Of a DNA stretch of 64,000 nucleotides, positions 39,364 to 49,354 are shown piece after piece. Under the pieces are notes generated by a model. It was not told the DNA's origin, made no database searches, and saw only the letters and a list, made by a program, of their open reading frames with translations. Position 1 is the stretch's first letter. Each line of letters begins with the position of its first letter. Origin of the DNA: a virus; IMG/VR virus record IMGVR_UViG_3300047454_000095, one strand, 5' to 3'. Both the position numbers and the translations under genes were made by a program.

Positions 39364-40323
39364 TTATGCAGTACCGCATGGCGAACGTGGAACATCTACT
39401 TTCCAAGCCGCATAACGTTGGCATTTGTGAACTTTAAATGTAGCACCTGTACCAGCATCAGCACCGCCGTCTTTTGCTTCGTACGTGAATGTAGCACCAG
39501 CAAATTCTTTTGCCGCTCTTCCTTCTACAATATCTTTACCATCGTTGATTGCTTGGTTACTACTTAAAGTTAAAGCAGTAATAGCACCACTGTTAACTGT
39601 TTTTACTGTAGCAATAAGATGATCAGCAATAATATAATTGTCTAAGTCTGCTTTTGCAAATTTAATTTTGTCACCTACTTCGTAATTAGAACCACCAGCA
39701 GTAATATCAACAGCAAAACTATCTCCAAAACTTACTGGAATATCTCTTAATGCTTGTCTATATGTTGCCCATTCTGTTTTAATTCCCGTAGGCATATCTG
39801 AAGTTGTTTTATCGTCTGACCAACCTAATAAAGATGTTCTGTGTCTACGTAAGTGAGCCCAAGTAATGTGTGGTTGTTTCCACGGATAGTGTGGCATTCC
39901 ACCTTTTGTACTACTTGCTACTTTAATAAATTCATCGTTGCTGTTACACTCGATGTCAAATTTTTCGTATGTATGATGTGGATCTGGATCAACGTATGTA
40001 ACATACTCTACACCATTTGGTAATGTTTCTGTAATAGTTTCGTGTTCATCTTCTTCAACATCTGCTTCCATTAGTGAACAAATAATTGGATGCTCTCTAC
40101 AATCTACTAAAACTTTTCTTAAGTTAATAGGTGCATTAAAGTCCATTCCTTGTTCTTCGTCCATGTATCCTGCAGGTGCAATCTTGTTTGTTGCTTTATC
40201 AATGAACACCCACATAGTCTCAGGACCTTCGTAAGTGTGTGTACCTTGTAATTGTTCGTTATCAAACTGACCCAGGTATTCATCTGGTTTAGGATAGTTA
40301 AATGTGTGTCTAATATTTGCCAT
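39364..40323 (-). CDS. Tail fiber assembly chaperone-like protein with extra C-terminal beta module
   Basis: LRRHRTSLLGWSD...W..YRQALRDIP motif; paralog of 41816-42520. Confidence 0.65.
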   Translation of the reverse strand: MANIRHTFNYPKPDEYLGQFDNEQLQGTHTYEGPETMWVFIDKATNKIAPAGYMDEEQGMDFNAPINLRKVLVDCREHPIICSLMEADVEEDEHETITETLPNGVEYVTYVDPDPHHTYEKFDIECNSNDEFIKVASSTKGGMPHYPWKQPHITWAHLRRHRTSLLGWSDDKTTSDMPTGIKTEWATYRQALRDIPVSFGDSFAVDITAGGSNYEVGDKIKFAKADLDNYIIADHLIATVKTVNSGAITALTLSSNQAINDGKDIVEGRAAKEFAGATFTYEAKDGGADAGTGATFKVHKCQRYAAWKVDVPRSPCGTA

Positions 40324-40335
40324 GTTTTTTCCTTA

Positions 40336-41058
40336 TTAGTAGTAAACTACGTAAACTAAGCCTCCTGCTCCTGGTGAACCACAACAACAAACTTCTCCGT
40401 ATGCTTGTGCAGACATACCGCCACCACCTGGAAATAATCCAAAGCCTTGCGATCCGCCCCAACCACAACATCCGTTTGGTCCGTTTCTAAATCCGCCTCT
40501 ACCATATGTATCAGCAACCATCATGTTACCTCTATCATGGCAGTATTGACTTAATTGTGAAGTTGAATTCGTGCTACCAATACCAAAGTCCATTCCTGAG
40601 TGTCCGTGTACACAGTATCTCATTCTACAACATGAATAACATGTTCTGTACATGAAACATTCTGTACGCATAACTCTTCCTCCACATGCTCTTGCACACC
40701 AGTTACCTGATCTACATACATATGAATCACAACCTTGTTGACAGTTTCCTTTTTGTCTACAGCAAGTTGAACCTGCCGCACAAATTGTCATTTGTTGTCC
40801 AGGCTCTGTTTCCACAGCCTTTTGACCATAACTTCCACCTGTTGATGGATATCCCATTTGACAACAGCAACCGCCGTCGCCAGCCGCGCCACCGCCCCAT
40901 ATTTCGAAAGTTGCATATGATACGCCCGCCGGTACCGTCCACAAACAACATCTTCCGCCGTTGTTTGGAGAAGTAGTACTTGTGTTATAAACTGCAAGTT
41001 CTGCTGGAACCGCTTTGCTTTCTTCATAACCGAATAAAAAATCTCTTAATGTTGACAT
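40336..41058 (-). CDS. Cys/Gly-rich protein 3 (24 Cys in 240 aa), candidate fiber-tip protein
   Basis: NNGGRCCLWTVP, FEIWGGG, CCCQ, FPGGGG; paralog of the two below. Confidence 0.7.
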   Translation of the reverse strand: MSTLRDFLFGYEESKAVPAELAVYNTSTTSPNNGGRCCLWTVPAGVSYATFEIWGGGAAGDGGCCCQMGYPSTGGSYGQKAVETEPGQQMTICAAGSTCCRQKGNCQQGCDSYVCRSGNWCARACGGRVMRTECFMYRTCYSCCRMRYCVHGHSGMDFGIGSTNSTSQLSQYCHDRGNMMVADTYGRGGFRNGPNGCCGWGGSQGFGLFPGGGGMSAQAYGEVCCCGSPGAGGLVYVVYY

Positions 41059-41073
41059 ACTACTATATACTCC

Positions 41074-41814
41074 TTATGTTGCAGTGTAGTAAACTGTTAC
41101 TAATCCGCCCATTCCTTTCGCTCCGCAATAACATGTTTCGTTGTGTGTTACTCCAGAAGCACCACCCCCTCCTGGGAATACTCCGTGGTCTCCTTGTCCT
41201 TGTCCATCTGTTTTGTAACAACCTGAACGTGACATTCTTGTAACTCCTGTAAATGGTGCACTTGGCATAAACTGGTGCATGTCTGATGCACAGTGAGCTG
41301 AGCCATGTCCGCCACCTGTTGTACCACACATTGCCAATGTAGCACCGTTAACACAACCGCAGTTAAACATTTGACATCCACTGTATGAACAGTTTTGACT
41401 CCAAAAACATTTGGAAGCCGCTTCTGATCCACCTGATGAACACATACAAAATGCACTCGGTCCACATACGTAACTTGGGAATCCTCTACAACTGTAACAT
41501 CTTGAGTGACAGCATGTACTACCACCTGCACAAATTGTAAATGTTTCTCCCGCTGATACTGTTATAATTCGTCTACCATAAGAACCTGATCCACCTGACC
41601 AACCTTGTTGGCAACAGCACACTCCAGCACCTGGACCACCGCCACCCCAAACTTCAAAAGCCGCCCATTCAGCACCTGTTGGTACTGTCCACTGGCAACA
41701 TTTACCACCGTTGTTTTGATCGGTAACGTTTGTCGCGTATACTCTTAATGAAGTTAAAGGAGCAGATGCCCCTGAAGATGTTCCGTATTGTAATAAGGTT
41801 CTTAAACTTGACAT
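41074..41814 (-). CDS. Cys/Gly-rich protein 2 (23 Cys in 246 aa)
   Basis: NNGGKCCQWTVP, FEVWGGG, CCCQ, FPGGGG. Confidence 0.7.
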   Translation of the reverse strand: MSSLRTLLQYGTSSGASAPLTSLRVYATNVTDQNNGGKCCQWTVPTGAEWAAFEVWGGGGPGAGVCCCQQGWSGGSGSYGRRIITVSAGETFTICAGGSTCCHSRCYSCRGFPSYVCGPSAFCMCSSGGSEAASKCFWSQNCSYSGCQMFNCGCVNGATLAMCGTTGGGHGSAHCASDMHQFMPSAPFTGVTRMSRSGCYKTDGQGQGDHGVFPGGGGASGVTHNETCYCGAKGMGGLVTVYYTAT

Positions 41815-41815
41815 A

Positions 41816-42520
41816 TTATTCGTCGTCCTCTACTGATGCAATATCTGCGCCTGGCTCTACTGGAAAGTTTACCATGTGTGCTGGAAACTCATCTGCTTCG
41901 CCGTGTTTAAATAATGCTGGTAAATCACGTAATTTTTGTCTGTATGTAGTCCAAAGTGCTTTAGTAGCATCTGGCATATCATCAGCAATCTTACTATCTG
42001 AACCTGCTAACATATTGTTTCTTACAATAATTAACTGATCCCATGATGTCCAAGGTTGTTTCCATTTCATAGTCCATGTACCGCCAGTATATTTTCCGTC
42101 AGTTAATGTACCATCTTTATTGTAAACACACTCGTCTAATTCATATGTATGATCAACATCAGTTGGGTCTGGTCTTTCGTATGTAGTACCATCTGGTAAG
42201 TCTACAACAATGTTTGTTTGACCAACAACTGTATCCCATTCTGTTTGTGCATCAAATAATGAACACATAGTTGGATCAGTGTTGCAGTCTACTTCAACTT
42301 TATATTGATCTTCTGGTACAGGAAAATCTGCACCGTTTTCTTCTTCTGTTAGTACAAGACGTGATGTATCACTACGCCCTGTATCTTTATCTATAAAAAT
42401 CCAAATCTTGTCCGGCCCGTTGTATTTTGCATTTGCGGTTTTGCCGTCTGCATTTGTTTGGGCAAGATAGTCATCTGGAAGATTATAACTAAAGTCTTTT
42501 TGTATAATTGTATTTGGCAT
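41816..42520 (-). CDS. Tail fiber assembly chaperone-like protein
   Basis: VRNNMLAGSD...WTTYRQKLRDLP motif. Confidence 0.65.
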   Translation of the reverse strand: MPNTIIQKDFSYNLPDDYLAQTNADGKTANAKYNGPDKIWIFIDKDTGRSDTSRLVLTEEENGADFPVPEDQYKVEVDCNTDPTMCSLFDAQTEWDTVVGQTNIVVDLPDGTTYERPDPTDVDHTYELDECVYNKDGTLTDGKYTGGTWTMKWKQPWTSWDQLIIVRNNMLAGSDSKIADDMPDATKALWTTYRQKLRDLPALFKHGEADEFPAHMVNFPVEPGADIASVEDDE

Positions 42521-42540
42521 TATATTTTCTCCATTATCCT

Positions 42541-43272
42541 TTAACTATAACTAACTTTCACCGCACCTGCTTGTCCCCAGCCGCCCCAGCAACATGGTTC
42601 TCCGCAAGCCGCTCCACCGCCGCCGCCTCCTCCTGGGAAAGCCGCTAAACAGTTGAAACATGAACCAGTGTTTGTAAAGTTACCCGCACACCAGTCTTTA
42701 GTTCTTCTTGACACACCAAAGTGAGCAGGACCTGTTACAAAGTTCCACATTTGGTTATGACAATACTGACTTCTTTTTGAACTTCCTGTAATTTGTGGAA
42801 GTCCCCAATCACCTGTGCCACACTGCCATACAAATGATGGGTGACAAGTGTATGCATCAGTAAAGCAACATGCTTTACCTCCACAACCACCTGGTGCACA
42901 AGTTGTTGGAATACTTGAACCAGTAACAAAACTCGGATAGCCGTTTCCGCCTATACATCCGTGACAGCAACACGTAGTTGAACCGCCTGCACAGATTGTA
43001 TATTGACACCCTGCCGTACTTTGAATTGTTCTGATTGCGTAAGATCCGCCTGCCGCCGGTCTATTTGGAAACTGACAACAACATCCTCCATGGCCTCCGC
43101 CACCTCCGCCCCATAACTCAAAAGTTATGTTGACTTTGTTTGCTGGTAAGGTCCAAAGACAACACCTACCACCGTTACCGATGCCCGTACTATCATTCCA
43201 TACCCAAAAGTTTCTTGTGACTCCTGCTTTCGCTGGTTCCACGTCTGAAAGAAAATTACGTAGTGTTGACAT
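42541..43272 (-). CDS. Cys/Gly-rich protein 1 (24 Cys in 243 aa)
   Basis: GNGGRCCLWTLP, FELWGGG, CCCQ, FPGGGG. Confidence 0.7.
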   Translation of the reverse strand: MSTLRNFLSDVEPAKAGVTRNFWVWNDSTGIGNGGRCCLWTLPANKVNITFELWGGGGGGHGGCCCQFPNRPAAGGSYAIRTIQSTAGCQYTICAGGSTTCCCHGCIGGNGYPSFVTGSSIPTTCAPGGCGGKACCFTDAYTCHPSFVWQCGTGDWGLPQITGSSKRSQYCHNQMWNFVTGPAHFGVSRRTKDWCAGNFTNTGSCFNCLAAFPGGGGGGGAACGEPCCWGGWGQAGAVKVSYS

Positions 43273-43292
43273 GTTATTCTTTTCCTATTATC

Positions 43293-43619
43293 TTACGTTC
43301 CACTAATAATCCAGCCGTAAGTTGCACCTGTGTAAACAAGTGTTACTGCCGCATTATTAATATCTAATGTTAAATCTTCGCTTAAATTCTGGATTTTCGC
43401 GCCGTTACGTCCCACAGTTAAGTTTGAACTTGCAAACGCACCCGTTACGTCGACAATTTGAACTGTATCGTTTTCTAACAAACTTGTGCTAAGAGGTAGA
43501 GTTACCGTAAAGCCTCCACCTGTACACAAAATTCTGTCATTAACAACAGCATTATATGTCGTACTAACGGTTCTGAGTACAGTACCAGCGGTTCCAGTTG
43601 TAGTTATGTATCTTCCCAT
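43293..43619 (-). CDS. Small beta-rich virion protein
   Basis: FTVTLP...VQIVD...LTVGRNG...L.Y.G..GW pattern seen in phage tail proteins. Confidence 0.6.
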   Translation of the reverse strand: MGRYITTTGTAGTVLRTVSTTYNAVVNDRILCTGGGFTVTLPLSTSLLENDTVQIVDVTGAFASSNLTVGRNGAKIQNLSEDLTLDINNAAVTLVYTGATYGWIISGT

Positions 43620-43641
43620 TGTTTTATCCTTCTATATGTAT

Positions 43642-43959
43642 TTATGCCGCAGTCTCAATACCGAACGCGACTGCACTAACATTTCCTGAACTTGATCTAA
43701 CGACCAACTTCTTCCCTGCGTCCATTACTATCCCCGATCTCTCAAGTACACCGTGTGCCAAGACTTCCGTCTCCCACTCTATATACTCTGCGCCTGTTGG
43801 GGTATCAGCCGCCGCAACTGCCATTTGCACACCAATTGCTTGATTTCCTCTATTACACACCGAACACGTTACAACTGCATAGTTGTCAGTTGGCACAGTA
43901 TATACGGTAGTGTTAGTTCCAGCGACCAAATCGCTCGCTCCTAATCTTCCTGTTGCCAT
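43642..43959 (-). CDS. Small virion protein
   Basis: 105 aa beta-sandwich-like; resembles 57939-58268. Confidence 0.55.
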   Translation of the reverse strand: MATGRLGASDLVAGTNTTVYTVPTDNYAVVTCSVCNRGNQAIGVQMAVAAADTPTGAEYIEWETEVLAHGVLERSGIVMDAGKKLVVRSSSGNVSAVAFGIETAA

Positions 43960-43972
43960 GGTTTAATCTCCT

Positions 43973-46900
43973 TTATCCCATCAAAAACATATTTAGCGCC
44001 ACAGGTGCACCATCAACTCCACCTTGGAAATTGAATTGTGCTTTTACGTTAATCGGAACTACTGTAGTTGTAGTAATTTCCTGTCCGGAAATCTGTACAA
44101 GACCTGCAATAATTTGGTTAACGTTAAGAGTGGATGCACCACCACCAATCTGTGACGTGATATATGTTCTAATTGCTCTTTGTGTTGGTACAATACTGTC
44201 GCTGTTTGCGGCAAATGTACCATCGGTGCTAAATTCGTTGACTGTTGCGCCTGTGTTACCAAGTGCAATGTTACCCAATGACAGTTCTTGCAATCCACTA
44301 ATGTTAAATGCATCAGCGTTAAGTGTCGCAACACCTGTTGACTGTTCAACGTTAAACAGTCCACCTACTCTAAAGTTACCATCTTGGTCAGTTGACGTAA
44401 AGAATACTCTTCCGCCACCGCCCTCAACGGCTTCACTTGCTGGAACTGGGTCCTGCAATGGTAAGTTTGGATAATTTGTTGTAGTAAAGTTACCTGTACC
44501 AATGTCTAAGAAGTCATGTCCTGTTAGACGTACTTGTGAGTATCTTAATCTAATCTCTGAACTTTCTGTATGCACTGGTGCATTGTCTACTGGAATGTCT
44601 GGACTTACTTGCAACTGTGCAGTAAATGGTCCTGACGCTCCGCCTAATAAATTTGTAACAGCAACAAGTTTGTAAAACACTGTTGGCTGATTTGAAAACA
44701 CAACGTTTGAACCTGCTCTTGGTGTTGTGGTTAATCCTGATACTTGTACAAACTTACCACTTTGTAAGTTGTCCATAAATCCACCACCATATGTTACTTT
44801 ACCACCAGTTGTATATGTACCTTGTGCTGTTGTATCAATTGTTTCTGTTAGTGTTGGATTTGAATATAGATCAAAATTGTCTGCGTCAATAACTTTTACA
44901 TAGAAAGTTGTTGGATCAAACAATCTAATCATTCCTAATACTTCTTTGATGTTTACTTTAGTTCCATCTAATGTAATACCATGTGCTGTTGCTGTAACTC
45001 TACATGGATTAGATTTAGCAACACCTGTAATATTTTTCTCAATAGTTGTTGCAGTAACAAGTGCAGTTGCAGTATCAAAGCCATCACCTCTACCTGCGTT
45101 AGTTGCTCCAGCAAACGTTGGCTGACCTAATACACCGTCACCAACTCTAATTTCAAATGGTGCTTCGATAGTATTGTTTGGATCAGTAATTGTCATTGTT
45201 ACTGAACTGTCATAACCTTGTCCTGGTTCAATAATTCTAACCTGATTAATTAATCCGTCTTGTACTCTACATCTACCAATTGCTTGTACACTTGTACTTG
45301 AACCGTCACCAGTTGGTGTACTAAATGTTAGTCTTGGTTCAATTTCATAAGTTGTTGTACTGTCAAGTAATGATACAATCGCTTCACCAATAATGTTATC
45401 CCAACCAGGTGTACCATCACTGTATTTTCTTACAGTTGCAACTTTTGTACCTGCATTGAATGTATCAATGTAAGCATATTGTCCTGTACCTAATCCTGAT
45501 ACAATCCAAATAGCCATTCCAGCAAGTTCACCTGATGTATTTGTATCCGTGTTTGAAATTGTAATCTGTGTTGTGTTACCAATCTGTGCCGCGTTACCTG
45601 CTGTGTTATAATCCTTACCACCGAAGTTATCACTTGTGTTAAGCAATCTTACTTCCATGATTCCGCCTGTTCTGTATGTTGGTGTTACAGTTCCTAAACC
45701 AAAACCGTCGCCAGTAATAGTAATGACTGCATTACCGCCGTTAGTATCATAATCTCTACCAGCATTTAAATACTCCACTGCTATGACTCTTGATGCATCA
45801 GTCATTACCTGAGCAATTTGAGCCTGTTTATCTTTGTTATCTGTGTATGCAATAATTGGAACTTCTGTTGAGTCAACTCCTTCTGCTACACAACCAAATG
45901 TACCATATGAACTGTTACCGTTCGTAGCACGTATCTTACCGCCGTTCTCTGCAAGGTATCCAATGTGTCCGTAGTATGAGAACACGGAAACAAGTTCTGT
46001 TCTACCTAAGTTTGTACACCATACACCAATACCATCTGATAGTACTTGTGTAAAGTCGTTAGCAACGATCGAATCGTTACCACCTGCGTGTAAGTCACCG
46101 TCAATTTTTAATCCAACACAACCTGTACCAAAGTTTGTTACGTTTTGTACATAACAAGATTTGTTAATAATCCAAACATCTTTGTGTGCAGTACCCCAAC
46201 CTGGATCCAACGATACATAAGCACCTGCACTTGGACGTTTAGTTCCATAAGTGTTTACTGAACCAAGTACACCACTTAATCCAGTTAGTGTCATGTTTCT
46301 AATACCTGTACCATTACGTACATAGTACATGTCATTTAGTGTTGAACCGTTTGCAGAGTTAATATATAATTCTGCGGCTCTTAAACCTTTGTAGTTTCCT
46401 GTGTAAATTATGTCATGTTGTATTGCTTCAATGTAACGTCTAACATCACGTTTACAAGAATTTTTAAGTGCAGTTGTAAAAGAGTAAGCAGGATAATCAA
46501 TTGCAATCTTACTAACTACTTCTTCAACTAAGAATTCTTTATTTGCTTCAAGTCTAATAACTGCGTCAGTGTAACCTGCTGTCTTAACAGGATCGTTAAC
46601 ACCTGCAAAAGCAACATCTGAACCGTTTGCATTTAATACAAAGTCAATTTTATTTTTAATTGCTGTAGCAACTGCCGCCGCCGCTGTTCCTGCCGCACCT
46701 GAACCTGCCGGTGCCGCTGTGTCTTGTGCTTTAACTGCTGGATATACTTTAGTACCTAATGAACAAGTCCAAGTAATGTTAGCAACCTGTACAACGTTAG
46801 TTGCTACTGCACCATGTGCCGCATCTGTTGTTATTGAAACTATACCTGTAACATTATCGTAAGCGGCCGCTGTAACGTTTACAGTAGTTCCGCTAAATGT

Positions 46901-49315
46901 AACTGTACCTCCACTTGTATAAGTGTGAGCGTAACTGTTTGCACCTGTCATTATATCTAAAGTAGTTGCTGATGCATTCGATGAAAGTACAACAAAACTG
47001 GTTTGAGTACTTGTTACTGCTGAGTTTGTAATAACATCATCTACAATACTTGCCAAGTGTGTAAGTCCTGCTAATGAATAAACACTATCGCCTGAATTTG
47101 TTAACTGTCCTGCTGGTGAAACTTTAGTTGAACGTAGTTCGTCACCAACCACAGCACAACCTTCTGGTACAACCATTGGAAGTACTTCGTTAAATTGTCC
47201 TGTCTTAAGGAAAAGCGTGTCGTTTGCAATTAATTGTGCTGGGACACCAGTTGTGTTACCTGCGGTCAAAGCCGCTGTAGCAATAGCTCTAAGAGCGTTT
47301 AAGATGCCTTGTGCTTCAGGTTCTTCAACTCTTGTAGAATCTGTTACACGTAAAGTTGGAGTAGCAACACTTCTTAATGCTTGGTAATCGCTTGATGGTG
47401 CATCTTGTGTAATTACATCATCAAGTAACGTTGTAACGAATGTAAGTGTCGCCGCAAATTCAGCAGTGATGCCATCATTACTTACATAGTATTGATCTGC
47501 CGCACTGTCAAAATATGCAAGTGTTTCTAATCTTGTTTTCTTATTACCACCATGTGATAAATCCCAAATAAGTGCATCAACAAATGTACCTATGTCTCTA
47601 CGCCAGTTAGCCGCAGTGTATGTAAATGAACCTGTGAAAGGAGCAATTGATCCAACAATCTGTGTATCAACCCAACTTAACACTTCGTCTTGAATGAATG
47701 CTTTGTTAATTTTCATTAACTGTGTTGCGTTAGGTTTTCTTGCACCTTTTTCAATTTGCTGTAAACCAAATTGTACAGTTCTAAAAGGTTTGTCAAGTGT
47801 AACACCTGCCGCTGGAACATCTTTATCAACTCCATCAAGTGCAGTATAATAAACTGCATCAAGTTGACCAAAGAATGACCATTCTGGATCTGTTCCTGAT
47901 TCGTTAACTTTTAATACTTGTCCTGGTTGACCAACTGGTAATCTTGTTGGACCTGATCCACCGTAGTAAACAAGGTCACCACGTGTAGTTAAGTTACCTG
48001 CTTCAGCACCACCGTTTAATAAATTCCAGTAGTTACCTGCTGTGTCTTGGTCTGGTCTATTTTGTCCTGCACCAACTTGCTCTGAAGTGTGTGGAGCAAC
48101 ACAAACATATGAGTTAACATCGTTAATACCTCTAACAACATCACCCTTGTCATAGTAAACTGCGTTTGTCCAAGCACCTTTCCAGTATAAACCTTCATTA
48201 AGTTTATCCCAGTATACGTTGTCTGGTGGTCTGTTACCTGTACCATCTGCAAGTGCAATAAATGTCCAACCTCCAAGTCTAACTACATCGCCGATCTTAT
48301 AAGCCGTTGCGTTATTGTAATCACCCTTGAAAGAAAATCCTGTTGTAAATAAATCCCAATCACTTGCGTTGTTGTATGGAATAATATTAAAGTTGTTTGT
48401 TTTTGAAACGTAAGTGTAACCACCATAAGTAACAACGTCACCTGGTTGGAAGTTTACATTGTTCTGCCAACTGTCTTCAAATTCTAATCCTGGAATAAAG
48501 ATAGACCATTTTGCTTCATCAGCCGCAAGTGTTGCACCTGCTGTGTGGAACGTTCCACAAATCCATAAGTCTGAACCATACTTAACAACATCATTGTTTT
48601 TGTATCTTGTTCCTGTAGTCCAGTCACCTAAGTATTCAATACCTTTGTGTAAGTAATCCCACTTGGCTTGATCTTCTTCAAGTCCTGCTGTGTTGTCAGC
48701 GCCTGCTGTATGTCCAGTGTTACAAACATAAACTTGTCCACCGTAACGTACAACGTCACCTTTCTTATATCTTGTTGTTGCAATCCAAGCGTTTAACCAA
48801 GTTAAACCGTTTGCAAATAAATCCCATTTACTTTGATCTAATTCTAATCCGTCACCTACTGATGCGCCAGATGTGTGTGCTTCTGTACACAAGTACATAA
48901 CGCCACCATAACGGACAATGTCATTAACTTTATATCTTGTTGAAACACCCCAATCACCTAACCAGTCAAATCCTTCACAGAATAAATCCCATTTAGATTG
49001 ATCTAATTCTAAGCCATCTGATGTAGTTGTTGCAGAAGTGTGACCTGTGTTTGCAACATATAAGTACCCGCCGTACTTAACAATGTCATTAGGTTTGTAA
49101 ACTGTTGATAATGCCCAGTTACCTTTCCACTCAGTACCATCTGCCATCTTGTCAAAGTTAGAGATGTCTGTGTCGAAGTTAGAACTTGTGTGGCCAGTAT
49201 TAACAATATATGTACGACCACCGTAGCGGACTACATCGTCTTTAAAGTATTCTTTGGCTGAGACCCATGATCCCTTCCAAATAAACCTAATTCTACCTAA
49301 TTTAAACTCTGCCAT
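43973..49315 (-). CDS. 1780-aa fiber/baseplate structural protein with eight N-terminal W-x-G-x-W...YGG repeats
   Basis: Carbohydrate-binding-like repeats, beta-helix-like middle, SQVRLTGHDFL C-terminal module. Confidence 0.7.
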   Translation of the reverse strand: MAEFKLGRIRFIWKGSWVSAKEYFKDDVVRYGGRTYIVNTGHTSSNFDTDISNFDKMADGTEWKGNWALSTVYKPNDIVKYGGYLYVANTGHTSATTTSDGLELDQSKWDLFCEGFDWLGDWGVSTRYKVNDIVRYGGVMYLCTEAHTSGASVGDGLELDQSKWDLFANGLTWLNAWIATTRYKKGDVVRYGGQVYVCNTGHTAGADNTAGLEEDQAKWDYLHKGIEYLGDWTTGTRYKNNDVVKYGSDLWICGTFHTAGATLAADEAKWSIFIPGLEFEDSWQNNVNFQPGDVVTYGGYTYVSKTNNFNIIPYNNASDWDLFTTGFSFKGDYNNATAYKIGDVVRLGGWTFIALADGTGNRPPDNVYWDKLNEGLYWKGAWTNAVYYDKGDVVRGINDVNSYVCVAPHTSEQVGAGQNRPDQDTAGNYWNLLNGGAEAGNLTTRGDLVYYGGSGPTRLPVGQPGQVLKVNESGTDPEWSFFGQLDAVYYTALDGVDKDVPAAGVTLDKPFRTVQFGLQQIEKGARKPNATQLMKINKAFIQDEVLSWVDTQIVGSIAPFTGSFTYTAANWRRDIGTFVDALIWDLSHGGNKKTRLETLAYFDSAADQYYVSNDGITAEFAATLTFVTTLLDDVITQDAPSSDYQALRSVATPTLRVTDSTRVEEPEAQGILNALRAIATAALTAGNTTGVPAQLIANDTLFLKTGQFNEVLPMVVPEGCAVVGDELRSTKVSPAGQLTNSGDSVYSLAGLTHLASIVDDVITNSAVTSTQTSFVVLSSNASATTLDIMTGANSYAHTYTSGGTVTFSGTTVNVTAAAYDNVTGIVSITTDAAHGAVATNVVQVANITWTCSLGTKVYPAVKAQDTAAPAGSGAAGTAAAAVATAIKNKIDFVLNANGSDVAFAGVNDPVKTAGYTDAVIRLEANKEFLVEEVVSKIAIDYPAYSFTTALKNSCKRDVRRYIEAIQHDIIYTGNYKGLRAAELYINSANGSTLNDMYYVRNGTGIRNMTLTGLSGVLGSVNTYGTKRPSAGAYVSLDPGWGTAHKDVWIINKSCYVQNVTNFGTGCVGLKIDGDLHAGGNDSIVANDFTQVLSDGIGVWCTNLGRTELVSVFSYYGHIGYLAENGGKIRATNGNSSYGTFGCVAEGVDSTEVPIIAYTDNKDKQAQIAQVMTDASRVIAVEYLNAGRDYDTNGGNAVITITGDGFGLGTVTPTYRTGGIMEVRLLNTSDNFGGKDYNTAGNAAQIGNTTQITISNTDTNTSGELAGMAIWIVSGLGTGQYAYIDTFNAGTKVATVRKYSDGTPGWDNIIGEAIVSLLDSTTTYEIEPRLTFSTPTGDGSSTSVQAIGRCRVQDGLINQVRIIEPGQGYDSSVTMTITDPNNTIEAPFEIRVGDGVLGQPTFAGATNAGRGDGFDTATALVTATTIEKNITGVAKSNPCRVTATAHGITLDGTKVNIKEVLGMIRLFDPTTFYVKVIDADNFDLYSNPTLTETIDTTAQGTYTTGGKVTYGGGFMDNLQSGKFVQVSGLTTTPRAGSNVVFSNQPTVFYKLVAVTNLLGGASGPFTAQLQVSPDIPVDNAPVHTESSEIRLRYSQVRLTGHDFLDIGTGNFTTTNYPNLPLQDPVPASEAVEGGGGRVFFTSTDQDGNFRVGGLFNVEQSTGVATLNADAFNISGLQELSLGNIALGNTGATVNEFSTDGTFAANSDSIVPTQRAIRTYITSQIGGGASTLNVNQIIAGLVQISGQEITTTTVVPINVKAQFNFQGGVDGAPVALNMFLMG

Positions 49316-49354
49316 TGTTATTTCCTAACGTTACATTTGTATTTATCATATCTG

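Noticed and set aside
40336-43272. Diversity-generating retroelement or RiPP precursor explanation for the Cys-rich genes
   Set aside because: No reverse transcriptase or near-identical template repeat in the window; the proteins are ~240 aa with a fiber-type Gly-rich frame rather than short leader-core peptides.
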